45,807 bases of DNA from Promethearchaeota archaeon (GCA_016839765.1 JAEOTP010000088.1:1-45807); one strand, 5' to 3'. Positions 1 through 10,557 are shown, counted from the first letter of the stretch. The notes: generated by a model from the letters alone, not told the origin. Numbers and translations: made by a program.

Positions 1-18
1 AAAAAATGGTCTAAAAAA

Positions 19-1365
19 ATGAAAATAAAAACAAAATCAAGTCTATTAATCGGGATTTTAACATTGGGAATATTTCTAGGATTTTTTGCCTTAACGGTAG
101 GAATGACGCGTGCTAACGATATCACTATTGTATATCCAACAGGTGTAGATGATACCGCAGACATCCAATCAGCTCTCAATGCGGCAGGTCCAGGAGACAC
201 CGTTCAGTTAGCTGCTGGACAATTTTATACGAATGAAATTTTAGTTGAAGATTTTTGTGGTACATTTAAGGGGACAGGTGAGGGTACTAAAATTGATGTC
301 CTTAGAGGATTAAATCCTTCATTACCAGGAGTTTCCATCGACTATCTTACTTATAGTACTCATTTATTTACATTTTTTGGAGGAGATGTACATATCTTGG
401 ATTTAACCTTTGACATTACGCCTTATGAGCCTGCTGAAGTATGGGGTCCTAATAATCCACCTGATTGGTACGATTTATTAGCGGTTATTTTAATAACAGG
501 AGATATAAATTCCCAAATTGAAAATGTTAAATTTACTGGTCATGAAGGCACAGCACTTTATCCAGGCCCTTTTCATCCTATGTTTTCGGTAAAAAGTTAT
601 AACGTCAGAATAGGAGTTGAATATGGGGGAGGTATACCAACAACTGGAAGACATATTATTAGAGATTGTGACTTTGACTCGCTATGGTTAGGTATTACTG
701 CATGGGGTCTAATGAATTGTGAATTGACAATTACCTCAAATTCAATTAAAGGAGGGGCAATCGGAATAATTAATGCTGAAAATACCAATTCAGAAATTGA
801 GATTTCTGGTAATGAGATTGAAGCGGATTTCCTTGCTGGAATTTGGGTAATGCAATTTGCTCCACTCCCCTGCCGGTGGCTTATATCTGGTAATACTATA
901 ACACCGTCAATTTTTGCAGATGGTATCCTCTTAGAGGATTATACAGGAGCAGGAGCACTCAAAGCAACTGTCCGCAATAATGAAATCCTTTTAGATTATA
1001 CATTCGGAGGAATTTGGACATATGGGGTGAAGAGAGCTTATATCTATAGTAACCGTATTAGTGGTATAGGAGGTTATGGTATTGGATTGGCTTTTACCGA
1101 TAAGTGTTTGATTCTTAGCAATCGCATATCGAATTATGGTAATAATGGAATAGCTCTTTTAGAATCAAACAATAATTTAATTCTAGGAAACTATCTTAAA
1201 AACAATGGAGGCTATGGGTTAATTGTGGTGGTAAACCCAGATAATGTCCCCCCCATAGGGGAAAGCAATAAAAATTGCATTATTGGTAATTTATTTGAGA
1301 ATAATGGTATAGGTAATATTTTTGATGAATGTGATAATAGGTACTGGTGGAATTTGGAACGGTAG
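19..1365 (+). CDS. Secreted/cell-surface right-handed parallel beta-helix (NosD/pectin-lyase-like) protein
   Basis: N-terminal Lys + hydrophobic signal/anchor; 'DDTADIQSALNAAGPGDTVQL' cap typical of pectin-lyase folds; many IxxNxI / NxIxGN repeats. Confidence 0.75.
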   Translation: MKIKTKSSLLIGILTLGIFLGFFALTVGMTRANDITIVYPTGVDDTADIQSALNAAGPGDTVQLAAGQFYTNEILVEDFCGTFKGTGEGTKIDVLRGLNPSLPGVSIDYLTYSTHLFTFFGGDVHILDLTFDITPYEPAEVWGPNNPPDWYDLLAVILITGDINSQIENVKFTGHEGTALYPGPFHPMFSVKSYNVRIGVEYGGGIPTTGRHIIRDCDFDSLWLGITAWGLMNCELTITSNSIKGGAIGIINAENTNSEIEISGNEIEADFLAGIWVMQFAPLPCRWLISGNTITPSIFADGILLEDYTGAGALKATVRNNEILLDYTFGGIWTYGVKRAYIYSNRISGIGGYGIGLAFTDKCLILSNRISNYGNNGIALLESNNNLILGNYLKNNGGYGLIVVVNPDNVPPIGESNKNCIIGNLFENNGIGNIFDECDNRYWWNLER

Positions 1366-1427
1366 AATAGGAGAGAACCGCTGACGAGTAATAATTTCAT
1401 TTCCATATATTTGCAATAAAATAATAG

Positions 1428-1487
1428 AGAATGGAGGAATAGGAACCACCTTTTCCTCCTATTCTATTTGTTTTTTTTTTTTTTTTT
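1428..1487 (+). terminator. Stem-loop followed by long T tract (putative terminator)
   Basis: AGAATGGAGGAA can pair with TTCCTCTATTCT (12 bp incl. one G-U); ~17 T follow; lies just after the 19..1365 stop. Confidence 0.6.
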
Positions 1488-1559
1488 AATCAATATGATT
1501 ATTTTTATAAATTTATCCAAGTTAAAATGATGTTTTCTGTAATTTTCAATTTATAAATG

Positions 1560-1620
1560 ATCAAAAACCTTAATTATGAATATATCTAATTTTAATTTTA
1601 TAACATTTTTGTGAAATCTA
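1560..1620 (+). promoter_or_regulatory. Conserved upstream element, copy 1 (BRE/TATA-like promoter of first binding-protein gene)
   Basis: 55/61 nt identical to 4684..4744; contains AAAAACC-TTAATTAT; ends ~60 nt before ATG 1681. Confidence 0.7.
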
Positions 1621-1680
1621 AAAAAAGTATCTATTATAATAATCTTAATTAAATAAGAAATGACCGAAGTGTAGTTTAAG

Positions 1681-3489
1681 ATGAGTACAAATAATAAAAC
1701 ACCAAAGAAAAAACTTCCTAAAAAGGAAGGCCGATTATTAAAGAAAAAGCCAATTGTAATTTTTGGTATAGTGGCTGTTGTAGCTATAGCAGGGATTATT
1801 GGTGGCATATTTCTTTTCATGCAACCATCTGAAGAAAATCCTAACTTGATTATTGGAACAAATTGTGGGATTTGGGGATCAATTGATCCCTTAGGTACAC
1901 AAGTTCCTACAGATTATGATATTATAAGTCAATTTGCTGAAGGTTTATTTGACCATGATATGGCTATTGATAGTTCTTTACTTATTCATAATTTAGCGAT
2001 AAATCATACCTGGAGTAATGATTATCTAAATCTTACCTGTAACCTTAGACAAGGAGTTAAGTTTCATGATGGAACTATATTCAATGCTGTTGCAGTTAAA
2101 TGGAACATTGATAGAATTTACAATTTTTTCGACCTCGGCAAGGCTGGAACATTTTTATTTGATTGGCTTATTCCAAACGGTACAAAATTTATTAATGGTA
2201 CTAAAGTTGCCAATAGTGCTATGAGGCTTATAAACGATACTAAGATTATAGATGATTATACGATTAGGTTTGTTTTAAACAAACCATATCTCCCACTCCC
2301 AGCATTATTGGCTTCTGTTCATTCCTATATCTTGTCACCTGCGTCTACTCCCTATGATAATTTTATTGATACGGATACAGGAAATTTAGTTGGAACTGGC
2401 CCTTTTATCTATGAACAATATATACCAAATGATAGAATAATATTTGCTTCAAATCCATCTTATTGGGGTGGGAAACCTAAGATAAATAAGTTAATTTATT
2501 CAATCATTACCAATAAAACTGCCCGTTATGAAGCTTCATTATCAGGAGAAATTTCAATGCTCAATGGTTTTAATCATTTATACGACCCAACCCCCGATTG
2601 TATTTATTATGATGATATGATCGATGTAGATTCTTTTTTTGATGATCCCTCTATTATAATCCAAGAAGGTCCACCTGTATTCCACTTTACTTATCTAATT
2701 ATGAATAATAAATTAATTAATGCAACTATGAGAGAGGCGATTTCTTATGCTCTTAATTATTCTTCCATTATTCAAGAAGTAATTAATGGACATGGAGTAA
2801 GACTTAAATCTCCCATTCCAGAAGGAATGTTATACTCAAATATAACGGATATTGAATATCCGTATTATAATATCTCAAAGGCAAGGCAAGTTTTGAAAGA
2901 TGCAGGATGGCCTGGAACTAATAATTTAACCGCAAACAACAATATAACAACTGGAAATGAATGGGAAATGTTGGTTACAAACATTACACCACTAGCGACA
3001 TATAATTTTAGTTATACGGAGACAGACATCTTATCTATACTAATTGCGCCTTTATTGGTAAACGACCTTAAACAAATTGGTGTTAAATTAGAGCCAGTTA
3101 TTCGTCAAGGTATAGAGATTTGGTATATTTATACAGAACAATATGGTTATCACCTAAACATGATGGAGCTTAGCATATTAGGATACAATGGTCCAAAATT
3201 TAATGATCCTTGTAGTATAATTAACTGGATGTATTCGAATAAAACAATAGACCTGAATTATGCTCAAGTTAATGATATTCAAGTTCAACTATGGATGGAA
3301 GAGGCACTAGAGGAACCTAACGAGAATACCAGATCACTAATATACTATGACATTCAAAAACGTTTGCTCGAAGAAATATTTCCAGTATGTTACCTTTATC
3401 GTAAAAATTATCTGAGGATTTTCCGATCGAATGTGAATGGATGGCAAGTTCACCAATTTAAATCAAATTTTAAAACGATTTACTTTTAA
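1681..3489 (+). CDS. ABC peptide/nickel substrate-binding protein, family 5 (DppA/OppA-like), N-terminally membrane anchored
   Basis: LRQGVKFHDGTIFNAVAVKWNIDR family-5 signature, VGTGPF, NPSYWG; Lys-rich N-terminus + one TM. Confidence 0.9.
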   Translation: MSTNNKTPKKKLPKKEGRLLKKKPIVIFGIVAVVAIAGIIGGIFLFMQPSEENPNLIIGTNCGIWGSIDPLGTQVPTDYDIISQFAEGLFDHDMAIDSSLLIHNLAINHTWSNDYLNLTCNLRQGVKFHDGTIFNAVAVKWNIDRIYNFFDLGKAGTFLFDWLIPNGTKFINGTKVANSAMRLINDTKIIDDYTIRFVLNKPYLPLPALLASVHSYILSPASTPYDNFIDTDTGNLVGTGPFIYEQYIPNDRIIFASNPSYWGGKPKINKLIYSIITNKTARYEASLSGEISMLNGFNHLYDPTPDCIYYDDMIDVDSFFDDPSIIIQEGPPVFHFTYLIMNNKLINATMREAISYALNYSSIIQEVINGHGVRLKSPIPEGMLYSNITDIEYPYYNISKARQVLKDAGWPGTNNLTANNNITTGNEWEMLVTNITPLATYNFSYTETDILSILIAPLLVNDLKQIGVKLEPVIRQGIEIWYIYTEQYGYHLNMMELSILGYNGPKFNDPCSIINWMYSNKTIDLNYAQVNDIQVQLWMEEALEEPNENTRSLIYYDIQKRLLEEIFPVCYLYRKNYLRIFRSNVNGWQVHQFKSNFKTIYF

Positions 3490-3513
3490 TAACAACATAA
3501 AAGCATTAGATGC

Positions 3514-4506
3514 TTAAGCATCTAGATCAAACTCTTGAAAGAGCCCGTTTGAATTATTAATCAATAGATTGTAGTTATTCTTTGTAGGATAATCATAGCA
3601 CCATAGATAGAAAGTAGCTTGCTCATCTGAATGAATAGAGTTAAATCCTACAATCTGATCAATTCTATTTAGCAAAGTAAGATCATCTTCGTAATAATAT
3701 AATGTGAAGTATGCCCCATTATTTATACGGTCGTCTTGATATATAAAACTAATATAACCCTGTTCATGAGTAATTGTACCAGAAATATTACCATTCATAT
3801 CTATGTATTGAATAATTTCAAGAATGATATCCCCTGCTCGAGTATTGAGAGACCATGTATTATTATGAATATATTGTATATTATATAATTTTAATTCCAA
3901 ATCACCTTCTGTTTGGATAAAACCCGTAATATTACCGTCAACAATACAATCAGAGAGGCCAAATTGAATATCTCCTTTTGAAACGTTAGTAAATATGTTC
4001 CCAATGGAGATACCCCAGGGAACTATTATCTTAACCGCGCCTTGAACATTTACAATTACATTAATGTCACATATTACCTCTGCTTTGAGAGTTACAATTA
4101 TATCAACATTACTTATAAGAGATAATGTTTTACTTTGGTCAATACCTGCTTTAAACTTCATAGTAAAATTAAGAAAACCGCTTGCATTTTCCCATACTAT
4201 ATTGAAATAATCAGAATAAGATTTTTCCGCTAAACCTGAACCAAGCATTTCAAGATTGAGTTCTAATTTTGTAGAATAATCGATTGGTTCATAAGTATAG
4301 CCTATTTCGACTTCTCCTACATCTGTATTAATATTTAATTCTTTCATAAAAGAAGAATTACCAGGGTTATAGTAGAAGGGAATTGATTCTTCAATTATGC
4401 CATAAGGCGCGAGAGTAGTTGATATAATAAAAATAGGGATAGAAATAATTAGAATCATACCGAAAATTATAATTATAGTAATTGCTAATGTAATTTTATT
4501 TGCCAT
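3514..4506 (-). CDS. Membrane-anchored beta-strand-rich hypothetical protein (paralog of 6562..7551)
   Basis: Single N-terminal TM, repeated 'GDI'/'GNIxG' strands; shared motifs with paralog (LNINTDVG/LNLNADIG, KSYxDxFNIxWEN, NNYN). Confidence 0.75.
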   Translation of the reverse strand: MANKITLAITIIIIFGMILIISIPIFIISTTLAPYGIIEESIPFYYNPGNSSFMKELNINTDVGEVEIGYTYEPIDYSTKLELNLEMLGSGLAEKSYSDYFNIVWENASGFLNFTMKFKAGIDQSKTLSLISNVDIIVTLKAEVICDINVIVNVQGAVKIIVPWGISIGNIFTNVSKGDIQFGLSDCIVDGNITGFIQTEGDLELKLYNIQYIHNNTWSLNTRAGDIILEIIQYIDMNGNISGTITHEQGYISFIYQDDRINNGAYFTLYYYEDDLTLLNRIDQIVGFNSIHSDEQATFYLWCYDYPTKNNYNLLINNSNGLFQEFDLDA

Positions 4507-4683
4507 CGATGAATTTGCATGAGTAGATTCTTTAATTAATTATATATATGATAATCTTATTTAAACTATTTCTTGAATACGCATGCAAATCTTAAAAAAC
4601 AAGATAAATCCACCTTAATATTCAAATTTTCCATTAAAAATGGATTATAAAATCAAAACAGAACGGATTTGCCTCCATTAATA

Positions 4684-4744
4684 ATCAAAAACCTTAATTA
4701 TGAATCTATCTAATTATAATTTTGTATCATTATAGTGAAATCTA
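4684..4744 (+). promoter_or_regulatory. Conserved upstream element, copy 2
   Basis: 55/61 nt identical to 1560..1620; ends ~64 nt before ATG 4809. Confidence 0.7.
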
Positions 4745-4808
4745 CAACAATTTTATTAGTAAGAAATAACCTAAGAATTTTTTAAAAAGTTTAATAGTTG
4801 GGGTATTT

Positions 4809-6551
4809 ATGGATGAGAAGGAAATTGGAGTTAAAAAGAAAAAAAAAAAAGAGAAATTTATAACTTTAAATAAAAGACAAAAAATTAGTTTGGGAGCTAC
4901 GAGTATTATTGCAATAGCAGCCCTTGTTACTGGAATTTACTTTTTCTTGGAATTAGAAGAATCTGAAGAGTTTATTTTTAAATGTGGTTTGAGTGGTGCT
5001 CCAGATTCAATCGATCCGCTTAAGAATCCAGGTCCAAGATTTGAAAATCTAATCATTATCGATCAAATTGCGGAAGGGTTATTTACTTACGACCAAAACA
5101 AAACAGATACCCCTATAATTCCTAATCTGGCGCTAGGTGGGTCTTGGAGCCCTGATTACTTAAATTTCACTTGCACACTTAGAACAAATGTCAGATTCCA
5201 TGATGGAACACCGTTTAATGCAACAGTGGTAAAATGGAACTTTGATAGAATTTATAAATTTATTGAAATTATGCCGGATTCTGATACATGGGCTTGGTAC
5301 CCTGCGTATTTGAACTCAGAAGGTAAGCCGATCATAAATCACACTGAAATAATAAATGAATCTACTGTAAAATTTGTCTTAAACCACCCTTATGTTCCTA
5401 TAAGGGATTTATTTACCCTCTGGACCTCGTACATACTTTCCCCGACTTCTACTCCAGATAACGATTTCATCGATATTAGAACTGGAAAGCTAGTCGGAAC
5501 TGGCCCCTTTATTTTTGATTCTTGTGAGGTAGATTTATACGGGGATGGTTTGAAAATAGATATGCATGCTAATCCGGATTATTGGGGAGGGCCACCCTTA
5601 ATTAATAAAGTGTCATTCCTTGCATTATATTCTGGCACAGAGAGAATGGAAAGAATGTTATCCGGAGAGCTTTCATATGCTATGGGATCTCGTAATGATT
5701 ATAGACTCGAAATATACAGAAACGCTACTGGAATTACTGTAGTACCAAAAACAAGATTGAACATCTTTTATCTTGGCATGAATAACAATAAAATAAATAT
5801 CACAATGAGAAGAGCAATTTCCTATGCTTTTAATTATACTCGCCATATTGAAGATTATTGGGGAGGGCACGCAGAGAAACCAAGATCTCCTCTTTCAAAT
5901 AGGATGCGTTATTCTAACTGGGATGATTTTGATGTACCAGATTATAATATTACCAGAGCAAGGCAACTCTTAATAGATGCAAATTGGCCTGGAACAAGCG
6001 GGTTAACCCCCAACGATAATATAACTACTGGAAACGAGTGGGAAATGATAGCAAATAGTCCAACACCTCTAGGAACATATAATTTTTCAACTGTTTGGTC
6101 ATGGATGGATTTCATAGCTAATCTAACAATCGCCGATCTCGAACAGATTGGAGTGAAAGTAAATATTCTTAAAATGGAGCCTGTAGAATTCTGGGATAAA
6201 ATGTATGCAAGTAAACACGATATTTATACGGCGGGATGGGGAGTTACTCGTATGGACCCTGTTGATGTTATCAACCCATTATACTCAAGTAAAGTAGATG
6301 GGGTTGGCAATTATATTAATTTTAATAATACGGAAGTACAACCATGGTTAGAACAAGCTCTTGAAGAATTTAATGAAACCAAAAGAGAACAATTATACTT
6401 TAACATTCAGCAGCATCTTATTGAAAAACTTAATCCAGTCCTATGGTTAGCTCATCCTATAGACTATGATATTTGGGATTCAGATGTAAAAGGTATCCCG
6501 ATAGATGGAGCTCCTTTGAGACTTATCTTAAAATTTTGTTATTTAATTTAG
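4809..6551 (+). CDS. ABC peptide/nickel substrate-binding protein, family 5 (DppA/OppA-like), paralog of 1681..3489
   Basis: LRTNVRFHDGTPFNATVVKWNFDR, LVGTGPF, NPDYWGG; shared NITTGNEWEM segment; poly-Lys + TM at N-terminus. Confidence 0.9.
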   Translation: MDEKEIGVKKKKKKEKFITLNKRQKISLGATSIIAIAALVTGIYFFLELEESEEFIFKCGLSGAPDSIDPLKNPGPRFENLIIIDQIAEGLFTYDQNKTDTPIIPNLALGGSWSPDYLNFTCTLRTNVRFHDGTPFNATVVKWNFDRIYKFIEIMPDSDTWAWYPAYLNSEGKPIINHTEIINESTVKFVLNHPYVPIRDLFTLWTSYILSPTSTPDNDFIDIRTGKLVGTGPFIFDSCEVDLYGDGLKIDMHANPDYWGGPPLINKVSFLALYSGTERMERMLSGELSYAMGSRNDYRLEIYRNATGITVVPKTRLNIFYLGMNNNKINITMRRAISYAFNYTRHIEDYWGGHAEKPRSPLSNRMRYSNWDDFDVPDYNITRARQLLIDANWPGTSGLTPNDNITTGNEWEMIANSPTPLGTYNFSTVWSWMDFIANLTIADLEQIGVKVNILKMEPVEFWDKMYASKHDIYTAGWGVTRMDPVDVINPLYSSKVDGVGNYINFNNTEVQPWLEQALEEFNETKREQLYFNIQQHLIEKLNPVLWLAHPIDYDIWDSDVKGIPIDGAPLRLILKFCYLI

Positions 6552-6561
6552 TTCAACGATA

Positions 6562-7551
6562 TTAAGTTGGGATACTATACAAATTCCAAAAATAATCTCC
6601 ACCATCCCATTTAAATAAAGAGAAATTATAGTTATTTTGAGTAAGAAAATCTTTGGAATAAAAATATATAAAACTTGTTAATGGTAAGGTATCTCTTTCG
6701 AAACCTATCCATGTATTTTGTCCTTCAGCACCAAAACCAGTCTCGTTATACAATATAAATTGAGCCCCGATATTAGGTGAATAATCATTATATATTACTG
6801 TGATGATTCCAGTTTTAGTAATTCCAGTACCGGTAATATTAGCGCCCATTTCTTCAGATTGATATATATCAAAGGTAATGTAACCCACTTCATTAACAAG
6901 CGTTAGTCTACAATTCTGATTATATTGATTGTTATATGCTTTTACCGTTATATTACCATTTTTAACAATTCCAGATATATTGCCTTCAAGGATACAATGA
7001 TGCATATCGTAAATTATATTACCGTTAATAACATTTAAGAGTAAATTATTAACTGTAATTCCCATTGGAACAACTAATTTTATATCCCCCTCCTTGATAG
7101 AAGCATCTATATCAAAAATAATGTCTGCTCGAAGTATAATATTAATGCAAATATTTGCTTGGTGTAAATTTAAAAAATCCAACCACATATCTGATAATAA
7201 ATCTAACGTGAAATTTACTGGAGAGGTTACGTTTTCCCAACCAATATTAAAAAAATCTAAATATGATTTCCCATCTAAGTTTGGACCGCCCAATTCAATG
7301 TATACATCTACTCTTATAATAAAATCAACTGGTTGATTAATATAATTTATATTAATTGTACCTATATCAGCGTTAAGATTCAATTCGCTTTTGACTGGTG
7401 GTGTGGTTGATGAATAAATAAATGTAAGAGATTCATCAATCCTACTAAAATTTGAAAACTCCGCTAAAAGAATAAAGGTCGGAATGCCTATAATTGTAAA
7501 TACAAAGAATAGATATATTATAAAAAGTATGCTTTTATATTTTCTCTCCAT
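6562..7551 (-). CDS. Membrane-anchored beta-strand-rich hypothetical protein (paralog of 3514..4506)
   Basis: Same length, N-terminal TM and motifs as 3514..4506; same convergent position relative to the binding protein. Confidence 0.75.
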   Translation of the reverse strand: MERKYKSILFIIYLFFVFTIIGIPTFILLAEFSNFSRIDESLTFIYSSTTPPVKSELNLNADIGTININYINQPVDFIIRVDVYIELGGPNLDGKSYLDFFNIGWENVTSPVNFTLDLLSDMWLDFLNLHQANICINIILRADIIFDIDASIKEGDIKLVVPMGITVNNLLLNVINGNIIYDMHHCILEGNISGIVKNGNITVKAYNNQYNQNCRLTLVNEVGYITFDIYQSEEMGANITGTGITKTGIITVIYNDYSPNIGAQFILYNETGFGAEGQNTWIGFERDTLPLTSFIYFYSKDFLTQNNYNFSLFKWDGGDYFWNLYSIPT

Positions 7552-7839
7552 TTTTAAAAAATTTGAAAGAATTTTTGTTGCTTTAAGTAATTAGATAAGA
7601 TAGATTTATATTTAAATTAATATTAAAGATATCTCTATAACAACATTGATTGTATTTCATACGAAAAATCATGATTTATTTATATTGAATTTCCTTATAT
7701 TCGAAATCAGATAACAAAATTTTTTATACTGATATCTCTTATAAGCTAATTATTGTAGAAAGGATTAATTTCATTTTTTTGGTGATTCCAAACAATTATT
7801 CTTCAAATCTTTGATCCTTTAGAGCGTTTCTTTTCTAGT

Positions 7840-8838
7840 GTGGCAATAATTATACTATTTGTCTGTAGTCTGCTCTATTTATCCCAAGGGCGTAAAAAAG
7901 AAACTGCCCATGAAAAAACGTTAATGTATGGATTTGCATGTTTTTGGTTTAGTATAGCATTAATACGTGCTTTTTTTTATTTCTCTGACTATTTTTTAGA
8001 GGGAACTTATACTGGTGATCTAAGCGTAATAATTCTAACTTTTGATATTACAAGCTATATTCTTCTTTACTTTTATTTATATTTGTTCATTTATGTATTT
8101 ATTAGTATAATCTCTGTAAATTTAATGTTTATTTGGTTTTCAATAAAATCAAAAAAGGAATTTCAAGCAATATCGTCGGTGGTAACCATTGGCTTTACTG
8201 TTATTATGATAGGATGGGCTTTCGAAACAATTATTATAAAAGAATTGAATCTAATTTCTCCTGTATTACCCCCAATATTCGTGATAGTAGGGGTTATAAT
8301 CGCCGTATTACCATTAATCATAAATCTTGAGTTTTTTTCCAAAGGTTTAGCTAACTGGCTAGTTTTAATCTCCATTATTTTTATCTTGGTATTTTTTGGT
8401 TTGACTGTGTTTACAAATTTACCATTATTTGTTATAAGTCAAGTAATAATTTGGATTTCAACTTTTGTACTGGTTCTGGTAATTATCTATATAATTTCCT
8501 ACTTAGTTAAGAGAGCTAGAACTCCAGAAACTTTTTTGGAAGATAAAAAAGCTGAGCTTAAAGAATTTATAAGGATAATTACTAAACCTTTGGATTTTAG
8601 TATGAAAGAAATAAAATTTTACAGAGATAGAGGATTATGTTTGGTGTGCAAAAATAAAATTTCTGGTTTGACCTATGTATGCCCTAACTGTGATGCATGG
8701 TACTGTATCAAATGTTCTAAAGCTTTAACTGAGTTAGAGAACGTTTGTTGGGGATGTGAAAAACCAATAAATCTGTTTAAGCTCTTAAAATATGAAAATG
8801 AGCCAAGTAAAGAATTTTTAAAAGAAAAAGATAATTAA
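7840..8838 (+). CDS. Polytopic membrane protein with C-terminal C4C4 RING-like zinc finger (start may be upstream)
   Basis: ~7 hydrophobic segments, then C-x2-C-x10-C-x2-C-x4-C-x2-C-x10-C-x2-C. Confidence 0.75.
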   Translation: MAIIILFVCSLLYLSQGRKKETAHEKTLMYGFACFWFSIALIRAFFYFSDYFLEGTYTGDLSVIILTFDITSYILLYFYLYLFIYVFISIISVNLMFIWFSIKSKKEFQAISSVVTIGFTVIMIGWAFETIIIKELNLISPVLPPIFVIVGVIIAVLPLIINLEFFSKGLANWLVLISIIFILVFFGLTVFTNLPLFVISQVIIWISTFVLVLVIIYIISYLVKRARTPETFLEDKKAELKEFIRIITKPLDFSMKEIKFYRDRGLCLVCKNKISGLTYVCPNCDAWYCIKCSKALTELENVCWGCEKPINLFKLLKYENEPSKEFLKEKDN

Positions 8839-8859
8839 ACAAACAGGGATGGGAAATCT

Positions 8860-9108
8860 ATGATTGATTATTTTGTACTAATTGCTTCAATTAGTGATAT
8901 CTATTCTTTATTAAACTTACTTCTCATAATTTTTATTATAATCCCAATCTTTTTCCTAATTCTTATTTCGATTTGGGTTTATAAAGATGCTAAAAAAAGA
9001 GCTATGAATGCCTTTGTTTGGATCTTAATAATTTGGGTAATACCATTTTTTATTGGATTAATAGTTTACCTAAAACTTAGAGATCAGTACTCTACACCAA
9101 GAGTGTAA
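8860..9108 (+). CDS. Small membrane protein, PLDc_N-like (2 TM)
   Basis: IWVYKDAKKRAMNAFVWILIIWVIPFFIGLIVYL pattern. Confidence 0.65.
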   Translation: MIDYFVLIASISDIYSLLNLLLIIFIIIPIFFLILISIWVYKDAKKRAMNAFVWILIIWVIPFFIGLIVYLKLRDQYSTPRV

Positions 9109-9311
9109 TGAATTTTTTCCATCAAGTTTTTTTGATCCATCATCATTTTAATTAATACGGGTATCTATAATTAAATTAAGTGTAATATAAAAAGAAAAGC
9201 TAATTTAAAACGAAAAGTGCTAATTTTAGCTTCTCTATGATCCTCTGGCAATTTTAAGAATATATATAAATAACGAGAATTTAAATCAATTCATTTAACA
9301 TATTAAGAACG

Positions 9312-10538
9312 GTGTTTAGAGTAAAACCTCCTGAAATTTTATTAACTGGAGAAAAGGGAGTAGGTAAGTCGACAATATTGAATCTATTCCCGGGTGAGAT
9401 TATTTTAGAAATAGATCTGAATTTAAATGAAATCATAAAGAAACCAATCAAAATTGAGAATCTAAAGGGAATAAATAAATGTATATTGAGAGATATTGAT
9501 TTAAATGAATTAACTAAAAATCTGATATCGTATAGGGATCTATTAGAATCTATTGACATTATTTGCATTATTACAGATTCAACAAAAACTAATTTGGAAA
9601 GTACTCAACAATCGTATTTAGAATTAAAGAAAAATTTGCAAGATCCTGACTACTATCTTATTGCTAATTTTCAAGATAATAAAAAAATTGCTTTAGAAGC
9701 CGAGAAAATTGAAGAATTATTTGGAGTAAAAACGTATGGATTTTCAGCGGTTCAAGAAGATTCGCATGAGGAATTAAGTACCATTATTGAAGATATATTA
9801 AAATTATCAATTATCCAAAAAGAAGAAACTGATGTAATCCAACCAAAACAGGTACCAAATGATATTAAGATCGTCATATTAAAAGAATCATATTCAAATC
9901 TATGGTCAGAAATGGAGGAAGCCGCAATTTTAGGAAAACGAGGAGATCACATTTTATCTGCAAAAAGATTTTTGAAGGTTGCCTCCCAACTTAAGGAATA
10001 TAATACAGAAACAGGTTTAAACGAAGAAAGAGAAAAATTTGACGTACTATACAATCTATGTAAAGCATGGGAGAGCATGGAACTTGCTGAAGAATATAAT
10101 GAACCTAAAAAGTATTTAGAAGCAATAAATTTCTTTAATGAAGCAAGTAGTCTAACGAATGATAATAGATCAAGATTGTTCATATCAGGAAATTCGAAGT
10201 TCTGTAAAGCTCTACAATTGGGGTTAGAATTTGATATATTGAATGATATTAATGTTAAAGCAAATAATTATCATAAAATAAAAACACTGATTAAAGAGTC
10301 AGCTGATTTATATAAAGAAGCTGGTTTTGAAAATGAAGCAAAATGGGCTTTAGCTACCGCATCTTATTTTAAGGCAACTTGGTATTTAATAAAAGCAGAT
10401 GTAGAGCAAAATTTAGATGAGAAAAAAAAAATACACAATCAAGTTTCTGACTTTCTGAGATCGGCTGCAAAACTATTTGGAGAAGCAGGATATAAAGAAA
10501 AAGAAAAAGAAGTTTTAGATTTTTTGAATTTGGATTAG
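9312..10538 (+). CDS. Divergent Ras-superfamily small GTPase domain fused to alpha-helical (TPR-like) repeats
   Basis: G1 GEKGVGKST, G4-like NFQD, G5-like SAV; C-terminal half with repeated A..F..A helices. Confidence 0.75.
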   Translation: MFRVKPPEILLTGEKGVGKSTILNLFPGEIILEIDLNLNEIIKKPIKIENLKGINKCILRDIDLNELTKNLISYRDLLESIDIICIITDSTKTNLESTQQSYLELKKNLQDPDYYLIANFQDNKKIALEAEKIEELFGVKTYGFSAVQEDSHEELSTIIEDILKLSIIQKEETDVIQPKQVPNDIKIVILKESYSNLWSEMEEAAILGKRGDHILSAKRFLKVASQLKEYNTETGLNEEREKFDVLYNLCKAWESMELAEEYNEPKKYLEAINFFNEASSLTNDNRSRLFISGNSKFCKALQLGLEFDILNDINVKANNYHKIKTLIKESADLYKEAGFENEAKWALATASYFKATWYLIKADVEQNLDEKKKIHNQVSDFLRSAAKLFGEAGYKEKEKEVLDFLNLD

Positions 10539-10557
10539 GAAAAATAACAAATCTTAT

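Noticed and set aside
1381-1405. CTGACGAG resembling a hammerhead ribozyme core
   Set aside because: No downstream stem II/GAAA or supporting helices
4833-4850. Poly-A run in the second binding-protein gene as a phase-variation site
   Set aside because: In frame, encodes the Lys-rich cytoplasmic tail also seen in the paralog; such runs are common in AT-rich DNA
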